A stretch of DNA of 64,000 bases from contig CANIFU010000007.1 in NCBI GenBank assembly GCA_947466965.1, positions 2,249 to 66,248 on the forward strand, given 5' to 3'. Source of the stretch: Bacteroidota bacterium (GTDB lineage Bacteria; Bacteroidota; Bacteroidia; 2-12-FULL-35-15). Both the position numbers and the translations under genes were made by a program. Of this stretch, positions 42,165 through 52,633 are shown piece after piece. Under the pieces are notes generated by a model. The model saw only the letters and a list, made by a program, of their open reading frames with translations, searched no databases and was not told where the DNA came from. Each line of letters starts with the position of its first letter. Position 1 is the first letter of the stretch.

Positions 42165-42183
42165 AAATTAAACACATAGACAC
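42165..42183 (+). repeat. 19-bp repeat AAATTAAACACATAGACAC, copy 1 (immediately 3' of lipA stop)
   Basis: Identical to 43025..43043. The reverse complement occurs at 43229..43247. Confidence 0.7.
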
Positions 42184-42224
42184 TTAGAAAAAAGGAAGAT
42201 TAAGCACTTTTCGTTTAGCGTTTC

Positions 42225-42262
42225 ACATAGCCCATAAATCGTTAACGATTTATGGGCTATGT
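42225..42262. repeat. perfect 38-bp palindrome (17-bp arms around a GTTAAC centre)
   Basis: ACATAGCCCATAAATCG-TTAA-CGATTTATGGGCTATGT reads identically on both strands. There is no T-run following it. Confidence 0.85.
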
Positions 42263-42423
42263 ACTTATCTAATCTGCTTGCATATTAATAATCCGTTTTA
42301 AATCCATTCTTGCTCCGAAAAAATCAGTATAAATCCGTTTTATCTGCGTCATCCGTGTTCCATTTCCACGAATGTTCCATCCGAAGTCGCATTATTTTTC
42401 CAGCATCGAACTACTTTTCACTC

Positions 42424-42431
42424 TATCTTTG
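42424..42431 (+). promoter_or_regulatory. putative -7 box (TATCTTTG) for the pentapeptide-repeat gene
   Basis: TAnnTTTG consensus 22 bp upstream of the ATG at 42454. Confidence 0.3.
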
Positions 42432-42453
42432 TAATGAAATTCCACTAAGTAAA

Positions 42454-43026
42454 ATGAGCATAACAATAACCGAAAATAAAACATTTGAAAAAAGTAATTT
42501 TCCTGAAACTTCTTTGCAAAAAGGAGAATATGAAAATTGTAAATTCAAAGATTGTGATTTTTCAAATGCTCATTTATCCAACTATATTTTTGTGGATTGT
42601 GAATTTATCGATTGCAATTTAAGTCTGACCAAATTCAGTAATACTGCATTGAAGACAGTGAAGTTTAAAAATTGCAAAGTATTAGGAGTGAATTTTGCTG
42701 AATGCAACGACTTTTTGTTTGCTGTAAATTTTGAAGATTGTTTGTTGAATTTATCCATGTTCTACAATACAAAACTAAAAGGAACAAAGTTCAAAAATTG
42801 TAGTCTGCACGAAGTGGACTTTACGGAGACGGATTTAACAAATGCAACCTTTGATAATTGCGATTTGATGGGTGCTATTTTCAGAAATTCTATTTTAGAA
42901 AAAGCAGATTTAAGAACAGCCTTTCATTTTTCGATTGACCCGGAAGCAAATAGAATGAAGAAAGCAAAATTTTCACGAATGGGATTGGATGGGTTGCTTC
43001 ATAAGTATGGCATTGATGTAACGTAA
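42454..43026 (+). CDS. pentapeptide-repeat protein
   Basis: Tandem A(D/N)LxX-type pentapeptide repeats throughout (CKFKDCDFSNAHLSNYIFVDCEFIDCNLSLTKFSNTALK...). The first Met after the promoter-like box is at 42454; the listed 42310 start is a likely spurious extension. Confidence 0.75.
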   Translation: MSITITENKTFEKSNFPETSLQKGEYENCKFKDCDFSNAHLSNYIFVDCEFIDCNLSLTKFSNTALKTVKFKNCKVLGVNFAECNDFLFAVNFEDCLLNLSMFYNTKLKGTKFKNCSLHEVDFTETDLTNATFDNCDLMGAIFRNSILEKADLRTAFHFSIDPEANRMKKAKFSRMGLDGLLHKYGIDVT

Positions 43027-43044
43027 ATTAAACACATAGACACA
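43025..43044 (+). repeat. repeat copy 2 (immediately 3' of pentapeptide gene stop); left arm of a 19-bp inverted repeat
   Basis: TTAAACACATAGACACATA at 43026..43044 is the exact reverse complement of 43229..43247. Confidence 0.8.
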
Positions 43045-43228
43045 TAAAAAAAATATAAAAGGTTGGGGTGTTATTACATAGAAAAAAATAAATTTTGTAC
43101 ACAGACATCTCTCTATCTTTGATAGCTTGCTTCAAACATATGAAAACACAAAGGAAAAATAGAATTAAGAAAATAGAATAATGATCGTTTTGCAGCATTC
43201 GCACATTCGTAACTAAAAAGGTAAAAAC

Positions 43229-43247
43229 TATGTGTCTATGTGTTTAA
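43229..43247 (-). repeat. inverted copy of the AACACATAGACAC repeat (right arm), 30 bp upstream of gap
   Basis: TATGTGTCTATGTGTTTAA. The two arms enclose about 184 bp of AT-rich sequence that contains a TATCTTTG box (43113..43120). Confidence 0.8.
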
Positions 43248-43276
43248 AAATCCATGATTAAAAGACAAATCACTAA

Positions 43277-44281
<1,005 letters not shown>

Positions 44282-44308
44282 AATAAGTAGAATTGTTGTA
44301 TTGAGATT

Positions 44309-44348
44309 AAGTCAGGCTGTATAACGAATTTTGATACAGGCTTATTTT
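44309..44348 (+). terminator. probable terminator after gap
   Basis: AGTCAGGCTGTAT...ATACAGGCTTATTTTT imperfect hairpin plus T-run. Confidence 0.5.
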
Positions 44349-44404
44349 TCCAAATAAATTATAAATTATAAAAAATAATTTACAGTAAAAAGAATGTACT
44401 TATT

Positions 44405-45154
44405 CTATTTATAGATTTTTAGTTCCAAATTATCTCCATCAAATACCGCATATGTATTGTGGTTGATCCATTCTCCTAAATTAATGTAGCGACTATTTTT
44501 ATTCAGTTGTATATCGAGCGGTAAATGGCGGTGACCGAAAATAAAATAATCAAAATGTTCTTTTTGTAAAATTTCTCTGCAGTAAACAGCTAACCATTCG
44601 TGTTCTTCACCTTTAAATTGTTCATCTTTTGGAGCATTTGATGCTCTGCTTTTGCGCGACCAAAAATGGGCCATTCCTATTCCGAAATTTGGATGGATGC
44701 GTGCAAAAAGCCATTGATTAATTGGACTTGTGAATATTTTCTTGATGAACTTATAGCCATAATCACCAGGTCCTAATCCATCACCATGTCCCAAATAAAA
44801 TTTCTTACCATTGTATTCTTTCGTTATTGGCTTGCGGTGAATCCTTACTCCTAATTCTTTTTCTAAATAATCAAACATCCACACATCGTGATTTCCGGTG
44901 AAAAGGGTGATTGGGATTCCTGAATCAACAATCTCGGCAATTTTACCAAGTAAACGAATAAAGCCTTTTGGAACAGCATGTTTGTATTCAAACCAAAAAT
45001 CAAAAACATCGCCCATTAAATAAATTTCCTGAGCATCTTGTTTTACATCGTCCAGCCATTTTACAATAAATTTTTCTCGCTCCAAACTTCTTTCATAGTT
45101 TGGAACACCAAGATGAAAGTCGGACGCAAAGTATATTTTTTTGTTTGGTGTCAT
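44405..45154 (-). CDS. lpxH: UDP-2,3-diacylglucosamine diphosphatase (LpxH-family calcineurin-like phosphoesterase)
   Basis: DFHLG...GDVFD...GNHD metallophosphoesterase motifs in LpxH order. lpxK is also present in this window. Confidence 0.75.
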   Translation of the reverse strand: MTPNKKIYFASDFHLGVPNYERSLEREKFIVKWLDDVKQDAQEIYLMGDVFDFWFEYKHAVPKGFIRLLGKIAEIVDSGIPITLFTGNHDVWMFDYLEKELGVRIHRKPITKEYNGKKFYLGHGDGLGPGDYGYKFIKKIFTSPINQWLFARIHPNFGIGMAHFWSRKSRASNAPKDEQFKGEEHEWLAVYCREILQKEHFDYFIFGHRHLPLDIQLNKNSRYINLGEWINHNTYAVFDGDNLELKIYK

Positions 45155-45263
45155 TTTATATTTTCACTGTAAAGTTCTTTGTTCGTTCTTTTAAATTACA
45201 TTTCATTAACCTTTCAGTCGCATTCTTCTGTCATTTCGATCGGAGCGTCGAAATATCATTCAA

Positions 45264-48200
45264 TTACAATTCAAAATTCCGGATCAAATTAAATGGATTA
45301 ATTAGATTTATGTTTAAAGTAAATCTAATTGTTTCTTGGTATTTGAGCCCATTTGCTTCTTTGTAATTTTTGAAATCTTGAGATATTAAAATCGGAAAAT
45401 AAATTTCGAATAAGTTTTTTCTAAAGGAAAGGCAAACACCTACATTGTATAAAAATTTTTCACTTGTTAAAGAATTGTTGTCGGCTGTTCCTAAATCTGC
45501 GTACAAGTTGATTGGAAGTTTTAAGTTTCCTAATGAAGATTTTAAATTAATTGCAGCGATCCATTCGGATGATTGTCCCAATGGTGAATAGAACTTAAAT
45601 CCCCCATCGGTTTCAGTAAATTGATTGGCAAGGATATTCCCGTCACCAATTGTTTCTGTTCGTCCTAAAAAAACGTTGTCATATAAATAATCCTGTGAAC
45701 CTATTTGTCCGCTTAATCTAAATTCGTAAGGTCCTGCATCCACAGCTTTAGTCCCAATAAAAGTTCCTGCAAAGAAACGAATGTCGAATCCTTTATTTTT
45801 TCGTTTATAGTTAATAGAATAATGAGCAGTTAGCGCCGTCTTCATCATTTTTTCTCCTTGCTGAAAATTGAAATTAAGATCAAACGGATTGACTGCATCC
45901 TCTTTTGAAAATGAAAAAGTTAAGTCGTTAAAGTTCGAAGTTAGCGTGTTATTTCTTTTGTATATAGTAGGTCTGAATGCATAATTTGCTGCATAATTAT
46001 CTTTAATTATAGTTATGTGCCGATAGCGTATATCAAAATTGAACGGACTTCTTGGTTCTGATTTTTTAAGACGTATAAATAGTTCAGGTGCAATTTTATT
46101 AAAATTTAAATTTAAAGGATCATTATTAATATCACTTGGGTCGTTGGAAAATGTGTAGCGAGATCCTGTGATTGCAATTGTTACACGTTGCAATAAATTA
46201 TTTGGAAAAATGTTATAAGCAAGATGTCCATATCCTGCAAAATCATTTGTACTGTAACTGAACAGAGGCATCAATTCAAATTCAAATTTTTTCTGTGGAA
46301 GAATATTGTTGTAGAATGCGAGTCCGAACATCCATTTATTATAGTTATTCCATCCAGCAACAGGTGTCCAGAAAAGTTGTGTTTTATCTTTATTATCGAG
46401 GCTTCCAAGAAATTGAAATTTGAGGGGTTCTATTTTTCTGAAGATACCAGAAGTGCGAATTTTATTGTTGTTTCTGTTGATTTCAGGCATATCCTCACGC
46501 ATGTCAATGTTGAAATAATCAATATCTGAAACTGGAAATGATAAGGCTTGTTTTCCTTCGAAGCCATCATAAATTACTTCCCCGATAAGTTTACCATCTT
46601 TAACTCCTTGAATAAATACAGGACCATTTATACCTCCTGTATTTTTCACTCCAACATCCCATGTGCCATCTGCATTTTTATGAGCAAAAGATAATTTATA
46701 ATCCAGTTTTTCAGTTGAGTTAATTAAGCCTTTGAATAACCAATCTAAATTTTTGCCACTTGATTTTTCTATCGATTTTTTGAAGTCTTCAGGCAAGGGG
46801 TGTTTAAAATGCCATTCATCAAAATAGTTTTGCATGGCTTTGTCCATCTCTGCTTCGCCCAAATATGCCATCAGATAATCCATCACAATCGCTGTTTTGG
46901 AATAAACGATGCCACCATAATTTATTTGTGTGAAATCTTTTGATGAAGTGGACATTGCCTGGTCTTCGTTTTTAGAAGCAGCGAAGAGGTAGGCCAATTC
47001 ATACTGGCTTTTATGCCTGTAGCGAGCAAGGTCAAATACTTTTCCGATTGGACCATCAGCAATATTTCCCAGAAGTTTTTGATCTGGATATTTTGTTTCG
47101 ATATATCTATTTTCGTTAAAGGAATTTAATCCTTCATCCATCCAGCCGTGTTGCCTTTCATTAGAACCTAACATCCCATAAAACCAATTGTGTCCTACTT
47201 CATGTGTGATCACCACATCCAGTTGAAAAGCATTTCCACTTCCGCCAATTACGGTAATGTTCGGATATTCCATTCCTCCGCCCGCGCTTATTGTTCCATC
47301 TATTGCAGTGCAATGAGCATAAGGATAATCACCATTCCACAGAGAGTAATAATATATCGCATCATTCAGATATTGGATGCTATTTTTCCATAAGTTGCCT
47401 TCGGCATTTGTGAACATAGCCCAAGTTGTTACTTTGTTTTTTGAATTGGGTGTAACAATTTCTCCTTTTAATACGTGATACCTTTTGTCGCAGAACCATG
47501 CAAAGTCATGTACATTTTTTTGTTTAAAGCGTAATGTTTTTGTTTCCTGGTCTGATGGAGGGAATGCAAGATCATCCTTGTCGAAGGTTGTCATTGCTTC
47601 TGTCGCTTTTACATTATTTTCAAGCCATTCAATTTCTTTTTCACCATCAACCAGATCACCGGTTGCACCGAGAATATAATTTTTAGGAAGTGTAATGCTG
47701 ACATCGAAACTTCCGAATTCTGAATAGAATTCACCTTGATTCAGATATGGCATTTGATTCCAACCTGTTCTATCAAATACAGCAGGTTTGGGATACCATT
47801 GAGTGATTTGATATGATTGACCGATATGACCCATACGCGAAATTTTTCCTGAAGGGATTTTTACATGGAATGGTGTAGATATGATTATTTTGTCTCCGCT
47901 TTTTAATGCTTCATTTAAAATGATTTTACAAATATCTATACTGTCTTTCAAATATTCCCATTTAACGGGTTGTTCATTTACTTTAAAATCCAATTGATCG
48001 ATATACCCTTTATCTTCCTCTTTTGCATTGTATAGTTCTTTGTTCCCACCTTCCAGTAATTGTTTTGCCAGAGCAGTGTTGTTGTCTTTATATGCATTTG
48101 GCCACAAATGCATGTAAAGATAAGTTAGTGAAGTAGGAGAGTTGTTGATATATTCAATTTTTTCATCAGCTGTAAACTCATTTTTAACATCATCTAATTT

Positions 48201-48326
48201 TACATGAATGGTGTAATTTACTTCTTGTTGAAAATAAGTTTGAGCACTTGCTTTATTTATAAAAGGAAGGACAACAATAAGGCTATATATAAAATGTTTT
48301 GTTTTCATTACAAGAGCAGGTAGCAA
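45264..48326 (-). CDS. large secreted M1-family zinc metallopeptidase (about 1020 aa) with extended beta-rich C-terminal region
   Basis: Signal peptide, the zinc site HEVGHNWFYGMLGSNERQHGWMDEGLNSF (HExxH-x18-E), and about 450 extra C-terminal residues ending ...NLIRNFEL. Confidence 0.8.
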   Translation of the reverse strand: MLPALVMKTKHFIYSLIVVLPFINKASAQTYFQQEVNYTIHVKLDDVKNEFTADEKIEYINNSPTSLTYLYMHLWPNAYKDNNTALAKQLLEGGNKELYNAKEEDKGYIDQLDFKVNEQPVKWEYLKDSIDICKIILNEALKSGDKIIISTPFHVKIPSGKISRMGHIGQSYQITQWYPKPAVFDRTGWNQMPYLNQGEFYSEFGSFDVSITLPKNYILGATGDLVDGEKEIEWLENNVKATEAMTTFDKDDLAFPPSDQETKTLRFKQKNVHDFAWFCDKRYHVLKGEIVTPNSKNKVTTWAMFTNAEGNLWKNSIQYLNDAIYYYSLWNGDYPYAHCTAIDGTISAGGGMEYPNITVIGGSGNAFQLDVVITHEVGHNWFYGMLGSNERQHGWMDEGLNSFNENRYIETKYPDQKLLGNIADGPIGKVFDLARYRHKSQYELAYLFAASKNEDQAMSTSSKDFTQINYGGIVYSKTAIVMDYLMAYLGEAEMDKAMQNYFDEWHFKHPLPEDFKKSIEKSSGKNLDWLFKGLINSTEKLDYKLSFAHKNADGTWDVGVKNTGGINGPVFIQGVKDGKLIGEVIYDGFEGKQALSFPVSDIDYFNIDMREDMPEINRNNNKIRTSGIFRKIEPLKFQFLGSLDNKDKTQLFWTPVAGWNNYNKWMFGLAFYNNILPQKKFEFELMPLFSYSTNDFAGYGHLAYNIFPNNLLQRVTIAITGSRYTFSNDPSDINNDPLNLNFNKIAPELFIRLKKSEPRSPFNFDIRYRHITIIKDNYAANYAFRPTIYKRNNTLTSNFNDLTFSFSKEDAVNPFDLNFNFQQGEKMMKTALTAHYSINYKRKNKGFDIRFFAGTFIGTKAVDAGPYEFRLSGQIGSQDYLYDNVFLGRTETIGDGNILANQFTETDGGFKFYSPLGQSSEWIAAINLKSSLGNLKLPINLYADLGTADNNSLTSEKFLYNVGVCLSFRKNLFEIYFPILISQDFKNYKEANGLKYQETIRFTLNINLINPFNLIRNFEL

Positions 48327-48327
48327 T

Positions 48328-49473
48328 TTATTTAAATACTTCTTCTAGTTTTTTATCCAATGCTTCACCGCGTAAGTTTTTCGCTATAATTTTTCCTTCT
48401 TTGTCGATGAGCACATTGGTAGGAATAGAATTGAAATTATACAAAGCAACAACAGGAGATTGCCAGAATTTAAAATCACAAACGTGATTTTGCCAGGTTA
48501 GTCCATCTGCACGGATTGCGCCTTTCCATTTTTCCATGTCTTTGTCAAGAGATACACTGAAGATATCAAATCCTTTTGCTTTATATTTGTTGTATGCTTT
48601 TACAACGTTAGGGTTCTCCGCGCGGCAAGGTCCGCACCATGATGCCCAAAAGTCGATCAATACAACTTTTCCTTTTAAAGATGATAAAGCCAGGGGTTTT
48701 TCATCCGGTGTATTCATGTTGATTTCCGGGGCGAGGGTTCCAACTGCTAATTTCCTACTTTTAGTTATTCCATCATGAAAAGCTTTGATGTATGCAGAGT
48801 TGGGGTATTTTGTAAATAAACCGTCATCCAGTTTAAAATAGGTTTCCATAAATTCTTCCGGTTGCAATTGTTGAATGGCAGCAAGTGAAGCGAATGAGGA
48901 TGAATTTTTTTCAATAAACGCTTTTAGATATTGGTTGTGACTTTCAACCAATTCTGTATATGGTTTTTCAAGTGCGTTGCTCATGGAATCGATACGAAGG
49001 GAATCCATTTTGGTAATATTTACAAATGCTTGAAATATTTTTTGGAGTGAATCTCGTTTCTTATAATTTTCAGCCGAGCGCTGGTTGACTTCCCAAAATA
49101 ATTTAGAATCTTCAGAACCTTCTACACGGTATGTGTTTCCAAGGTCAGCAACATCCCCTGTGATTGAAACTTTTTGATCAATATCAAAAATTAACGTTGC
49201 AAAATTTCTGTCAGTAGTTTTTAATCGGTAAAATCCAATTTCAGTAATTGATGGATTCATGGTGAACTCTCCATTCTCATCCAGTATAGCAGTATCGATT
49301 TTTTTTAAACCATCGGTAGCCATCTGTTCAAGAAATAGTGTGTCATTGTGGGCGTTTCCCAATTTTCCTTTTAGTTCAAATCCATTTGCAGCATCCGAAT
49401 TGGAGTTTGAACATCCGGATAAAAGGATTATCGGCAATGCAAGATTTAGTAGGTATAATTTCATTGTTTTCAT
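48328..49473 (-). CDS. TlpA/ResA-like thiol-disulfide oxidoreductase lipoprotein (thioredoxin fold)
   Basis: Lipobox LLSGCSNS and a C-terminal thioredoxin domain with WASWCGPC active site. Its stop abuts the M1 peptidase start by 1 bp. Confidence 0.8.
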   Translation of the reverse strand: MKTMKLYLLNLALPIILLSGCSNSNSDAANGFELKGKLGNAHNDTLFLEQMATDGLKKIDTAILDENGEFTMNPSITEIGFYRLKTTDRNFATLIFDIDQKVSITGDVADLGNTYRVEGSEDSKLFWEVNQRSAENYKKRDSLQKIFQAFVNITKMDSLRIDSMSNALEKPYTELVESHNQYLKAFIEKNSSSFASLAAIQQLQPEEFMETYFKLDDGLFTKYPNSAYIKAFHDGITKSRKLAVGTLAPEINMNTPDEKPLALSSLKGKVVLIDFWASWCGPCRAENPNVVKAYNKYKAKGFDIFSVSLDKDMEKWKGAIRADGLTWQNHVCDFKFWQSPVVALYNFNSIPTNVLIDKEGKIIAKNLRGEALDKKLEEVFK

Positions 49474-49478
49474 TATTT

Positions 49479-50927
49479 TTATTTTTCAAGCATTTCTTTT
49501 ACCAATTCGGTAGCAACTTTAGGATCAGCCTTTCCTTTAGAAAGTTTCATTACTTCACCCATGAATAATCCGAGAAGGTTTGTTTTTCCATTTTTATATT
49601 CAATTACTTTTTCAGGATATTTAGCAATTGCTACTTTTACAAATTCTGTTAGTGCGCCAGTGTCACTTTCCTGAATCCAATTGTTTTCAGCGGCAATTTC
49701 TGAGGGTGTTTTTGAAAGATTTTCCAACATCATCGGAAATATTTTTTGAGTAGCAATCGTATGACTTACTTTTCCGCTATCGATAAAATTTACTAGTTCG
49801 GCAATGCGTTCAGCTGTAATTTTAAAATCAGATATATGCAATGCGCTATCATTTAGATATGATTTTATCTGAACTGTTAGCCAGTTAGAGGCGGCTTTTG
49901 CGTTTTTTGTATTCGCGATGATCTTTTCGAAATACAAAGCAATTTCTTTTGAATCCGTTAATACACCGGCATCGTATTCAGATAAACCCAATGAAGTATA
50001 TTTTTTAAATAATTCATTTGGCAATGGAGGTAATGCTTGTCTTACTTTTTCAATATATTCTTTGGTAACAATTACTGGTTGAAGATCTGGCTCCGGAAAA
50101 TAACGGTAGTCGTTGGCCATCTCTTTACTCCTCATCAAATATGTTGAGCCGGTAACAGCATCAAAACCCATGGTATCTTGTGAAATAACACCACCATTTT
50201 CAATGATATCAATCTGCCTTTTTATTTCATATTCAATCGCACGTTGAACATTACGTATTGAATTCATGTTTTTTGTTTCTGTTCTTTTGCCAAATTCTTT
50301 TGCACCTTTCAGCCGGACAGATACATTGGCATCACAACGCATGCTTCCTTCTTCCATATTGCCATCGCAAATGTCAAGATACCGCACAAGTTTTCTTGCT
50401 TCGGTCACATATTGATAGGCTTCCTCACCGCTGCGGATATCTGGCTCACTTACAATTTCTAATAATGCAACACCGGCTCGATTTAAATCAATTAAAGTAT
50501 CGAATGGATCAATGTCATGAATACTTTTTCCGGCATCTTCTTCCATGTGTATGCGCGTGATATTTATTTTTTTTTCAGATCCGTCATTAAGTTTAATTGT
50601 CAGGAAGCCACCAGTACAAATAGGTGTTTTATCTTGTGTAATCTGATATCCTTTTGGAAGATCGGCATAGAAATAGTTTTTACGCGCATACTCATTCACT
50701 TCCCGTATATCGCTCTTGCAGGCCAACCCAAGACGGACAGCATATTCAATTACTTTTTTATTTGATTTTGGTAATGTTCCCGGATGACCTAAAGAAATGG
50801 GGCTTACATTGGTATTCGGTAAAACACCATATTCAGTAGAATCATTGGAATACGCTTTGCTTTTGGTGGATAATTGTGTGTGAATTTCCAGACCAATCAC
50901 TGCTTCGTACTTATCGTAAATATTCAT
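49479..50927 (-). CDS. gatB: Asp-tRNA(Asn)/Glu-tRNA(Gln) amidotransferase subunit B
   Basis: MNIYDKYEAVIGLEIHTQL... canonical GatB N-terminus, with GatB/YqeY C-terminal domain. Confidence 0.95.
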   Translation of the reverse strand: MNIYDKYEAVIGLEIHTQLSTKSKAYSNDSTEYGVLPNTNVSPISLGHPGTLPKSNKKVIEYAVRLGLACKSDIREVNEYARKNYFYADLPKGYQITQDKTPICTGGFLTIKLNDGSEKKINITRIHMEEDAGKSIHDIDPFDTLIDLNRAGVALLEIVSEPDIRSGEEAYQYVTEARKLVRYLDICDGNMEEGSMRCDANVSVRLKGAKEFGKRTETKNMNSIRNVQRAIEYEIKRQIDIIENGGVISQDTMGFDAVTGSTYLMRSKEMANDYRYFPEPDLQPVIVTKEYIEKVRQALPPLPNELFKKYTSLGLSEYDAGVLTDSKEIALYFEKIIANTKNAKAASNWLTVQIKSYLNDSALHISDFKITAERIAELVNFIDSGKVSHTIATQKIFPMMLENLSKTPSEIAAENNWIQESDTGALTEFVKVAIAKYPEKVIEYKNGKTNLLGLFMGEVMKLSKGKADPKVATELVKEMLEK

Positions 50928-51117
50928 TTTATAGCGGCTAATTTTAAAGTTTAAAGATACAAAAAAAATGAATTGTATCAGGTCTAAAATTGTGTGTTTA
51001 ATTGGATGCTATTCACACAGTTCGTCAGATTTTATTCATGGTTGAATCATTGAAATTCAAGCGAGGAATGAACGTTTAAGGGTATGGATAAAATAGATTC
51101 AATAGAATTTGAATTAT

Positions 51118-51160
51118 TAAAAAAGGCTTCTAAAATTTATTTTTAAGAAGCCCTTTTTAA
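51118..51160 (-). terminator. rho-independent terminator after the choice-of-anchor-B gene
   Basis: AAAAGGCTTCT AAAATTTATTTTTAAG AGAAGCCCTTTTT. Confidence 0.7.
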
Positions 51161-51172
51161 ATATACCGTTTA

Positions 51173-52597
51173 TTATTTTTTAATTATTTTTTGTGAATAG
51201 TGGATGTCTTTACTCGACATTTTTAAAATATACAGCCCACTATTGTATTGGTCTAGGTGCATTGTTCTGCTTGAATTTCCCGCTCCGATTGTTTCCGTTT
51301 TGCTGAAAATTTTCTTTCCGGTTATATCAAATAATTCAAACAAGACATTTTCTGCTTGCAATAAGTTAATTTTTATAGAACAATAGTTGTTAGTCGGATT
51401 CGGGAATACAGAAATGGCATTGTCAGCGGTGTTGTTTTCTTTTACTCCCAAAGCAATTGAACCATCCAAAACATATAATCCGTTTTGCATATCACCAACT
51501 AAAATCACTCCGCTTGGCAGATCGATATAAGCACCCCAGGCACCGTGATAGGTGTTCGACACCGGGAAGTTGTCGTTTAATCCATGCAATGTATCCGTGT
51601 CGAAATAGCCGGTTCTGTATGGTGCTGCAGGATTTGAAATGTCGTAGATCTGCAATCCATCCTGATAGTAGGCTATAACCACACGGTTGGTTCCCCACAT
51701 ATATGGATTGTGTGCGGTGGCTCCTTCATTCGATTTAAAGGTGCTTGCAATAGAGATATTTGAAATATCTGAAATGTCGAGAACGCGAACAGCTTTGTTT
51801 GCAGGTACTTCATCACAAAACACCAATGTTTTTCCATCCGGAGTAAGCGCGCTGCTGTGATTATACCCTTGGTCGGGATAGGAAGTGAGTGAATTTATTT
51901 CAGTGAATGTATTCGCTCCGGTGTTGTACTTGTAAATATACAATCCTTGATATCCGCAGGAAGCATAAACGGTATCGTTTCTTACTAACATATCGTGTGC
52001 ATAACTTACAAGCGGGTATTCAGAACTAAGCGAATGCAAAAAAACGGGAAATTGAGGGTTTGCTAAACTATATACACCCATTGAGTGATATCCAGCGCCA
52101 GCGGCTAATGTAACACTCCCGCAGTATAATTTGTCGCCATCAATATAGAGTGTGTGTGCACGTTCAAATAGAGAATTATCGTCATAAACAACATGCACGG
52201 AATCGGGCAAATAGCTCATATCAATAATCTGCAAGCTATTCGGAGAAGTATCATCACTGATCGCGTATAAAAAATTACCATACGTTTTATATTCTCTCCA
52301 GATCACCTGATTTCTTCTGCCGGCAACAAAATCAACTTCTACCGGATTTGTAGGAACGGATACATCGATAATGTGAGTGCCTAATCCTGATCCTAAAATC
52401 GCATATTCTTTATTAGCATGCGCTGTATCTACCCAACCCCAAACGCTGTTGTATTTTATTCCATAGGATGGTTCAGGTGCTTGCAAAGGATTAAACCAAT
52501 GTCCTAATAAGGAAATGTTTTGAGAACTATACTGCGCGGTAAGTCCGGAGGTCATCACTACTGCTATTAGCAGAATTACTAATCTATTTTTTTTCAT
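51173..52597 (-). CDS. choice-of-anchor B / LVIVD-repeat beta-propeller protein with T9SS C-terminal sorting domain
   Basis: Signal peptide. N-terminal pattern (LLGHWFNP...YNSVWGWVD...EYAILGS) is typical of the choice-of-anchor B family. C-terminus ISVFPNPTNNYCSIKINL...GLYILKMSSKDIHYSQKIIKK is a Por/T9SS CTD. Confidence 0.7.
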   Translation of the reverse strand: MKKNRLVILLIAVVMTSGLTAQYSSQNISLLGHWFNPLQAPEPSYGIKYNSVWGWVDTAHANKEYAILGSGLGTHIIDVSVPTNPVEVDFVAGRRNQVIWREYKTYGNFLYAISDDTSPNSLQIIDMSYLPDSVHVVYDDNSLFERAHTLYIDGDKLYCGSVTLAAGAGYHSMGVYSLANPQFPVFLHSLSSEYPLVSYAHDMLVRNDTVYASCGYQGLYIYKYNTGANTFTEINSLTSYPDQGYNHSSALTPDGKTLVFCDEVPANKAVRVLDISDISNISIASTFKSNEGATAHNPYMWGTNRVVIAYYQDGLQIYDISNPAAPYRTGYFDTDTLHGLNDNFPVSNTYHGAWGAYIDLPSGVILVGDMQNGLYVLDGSIALGVKENNTADNAISVFPNPTNNYCSIKINLLQAENVLFELFDITGKKIFSKTETIGAGNSSRTMHLDQYNSGLYILKMSSKDIHYSQKIIKK

Positions 52598-52633
52598 GAA
52601 TCTGAATTTATGATAAAGGTATCGTGGATCTTA

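Noticed and set aside
42225-42262. Possibility that the 38-bp palindrome is an integron attC site, making the pentapeptide gene a cassette
   Set aside because: There is no integron integrase nearby. The site is far more perfectly symmetric than attC sites, and it lacks the conserved extrahelical-base asymmetry. It is kept only as a generic palindrome finding.
42310-42453. Upstream 48-codon extension of the pentapeptide-repeat ORF
   Set aside because: The extension is not pentapeptide-like, and it contains the TATCTTTG promoter box and the intergenic palindrome region. The start at 42454 is preferred.
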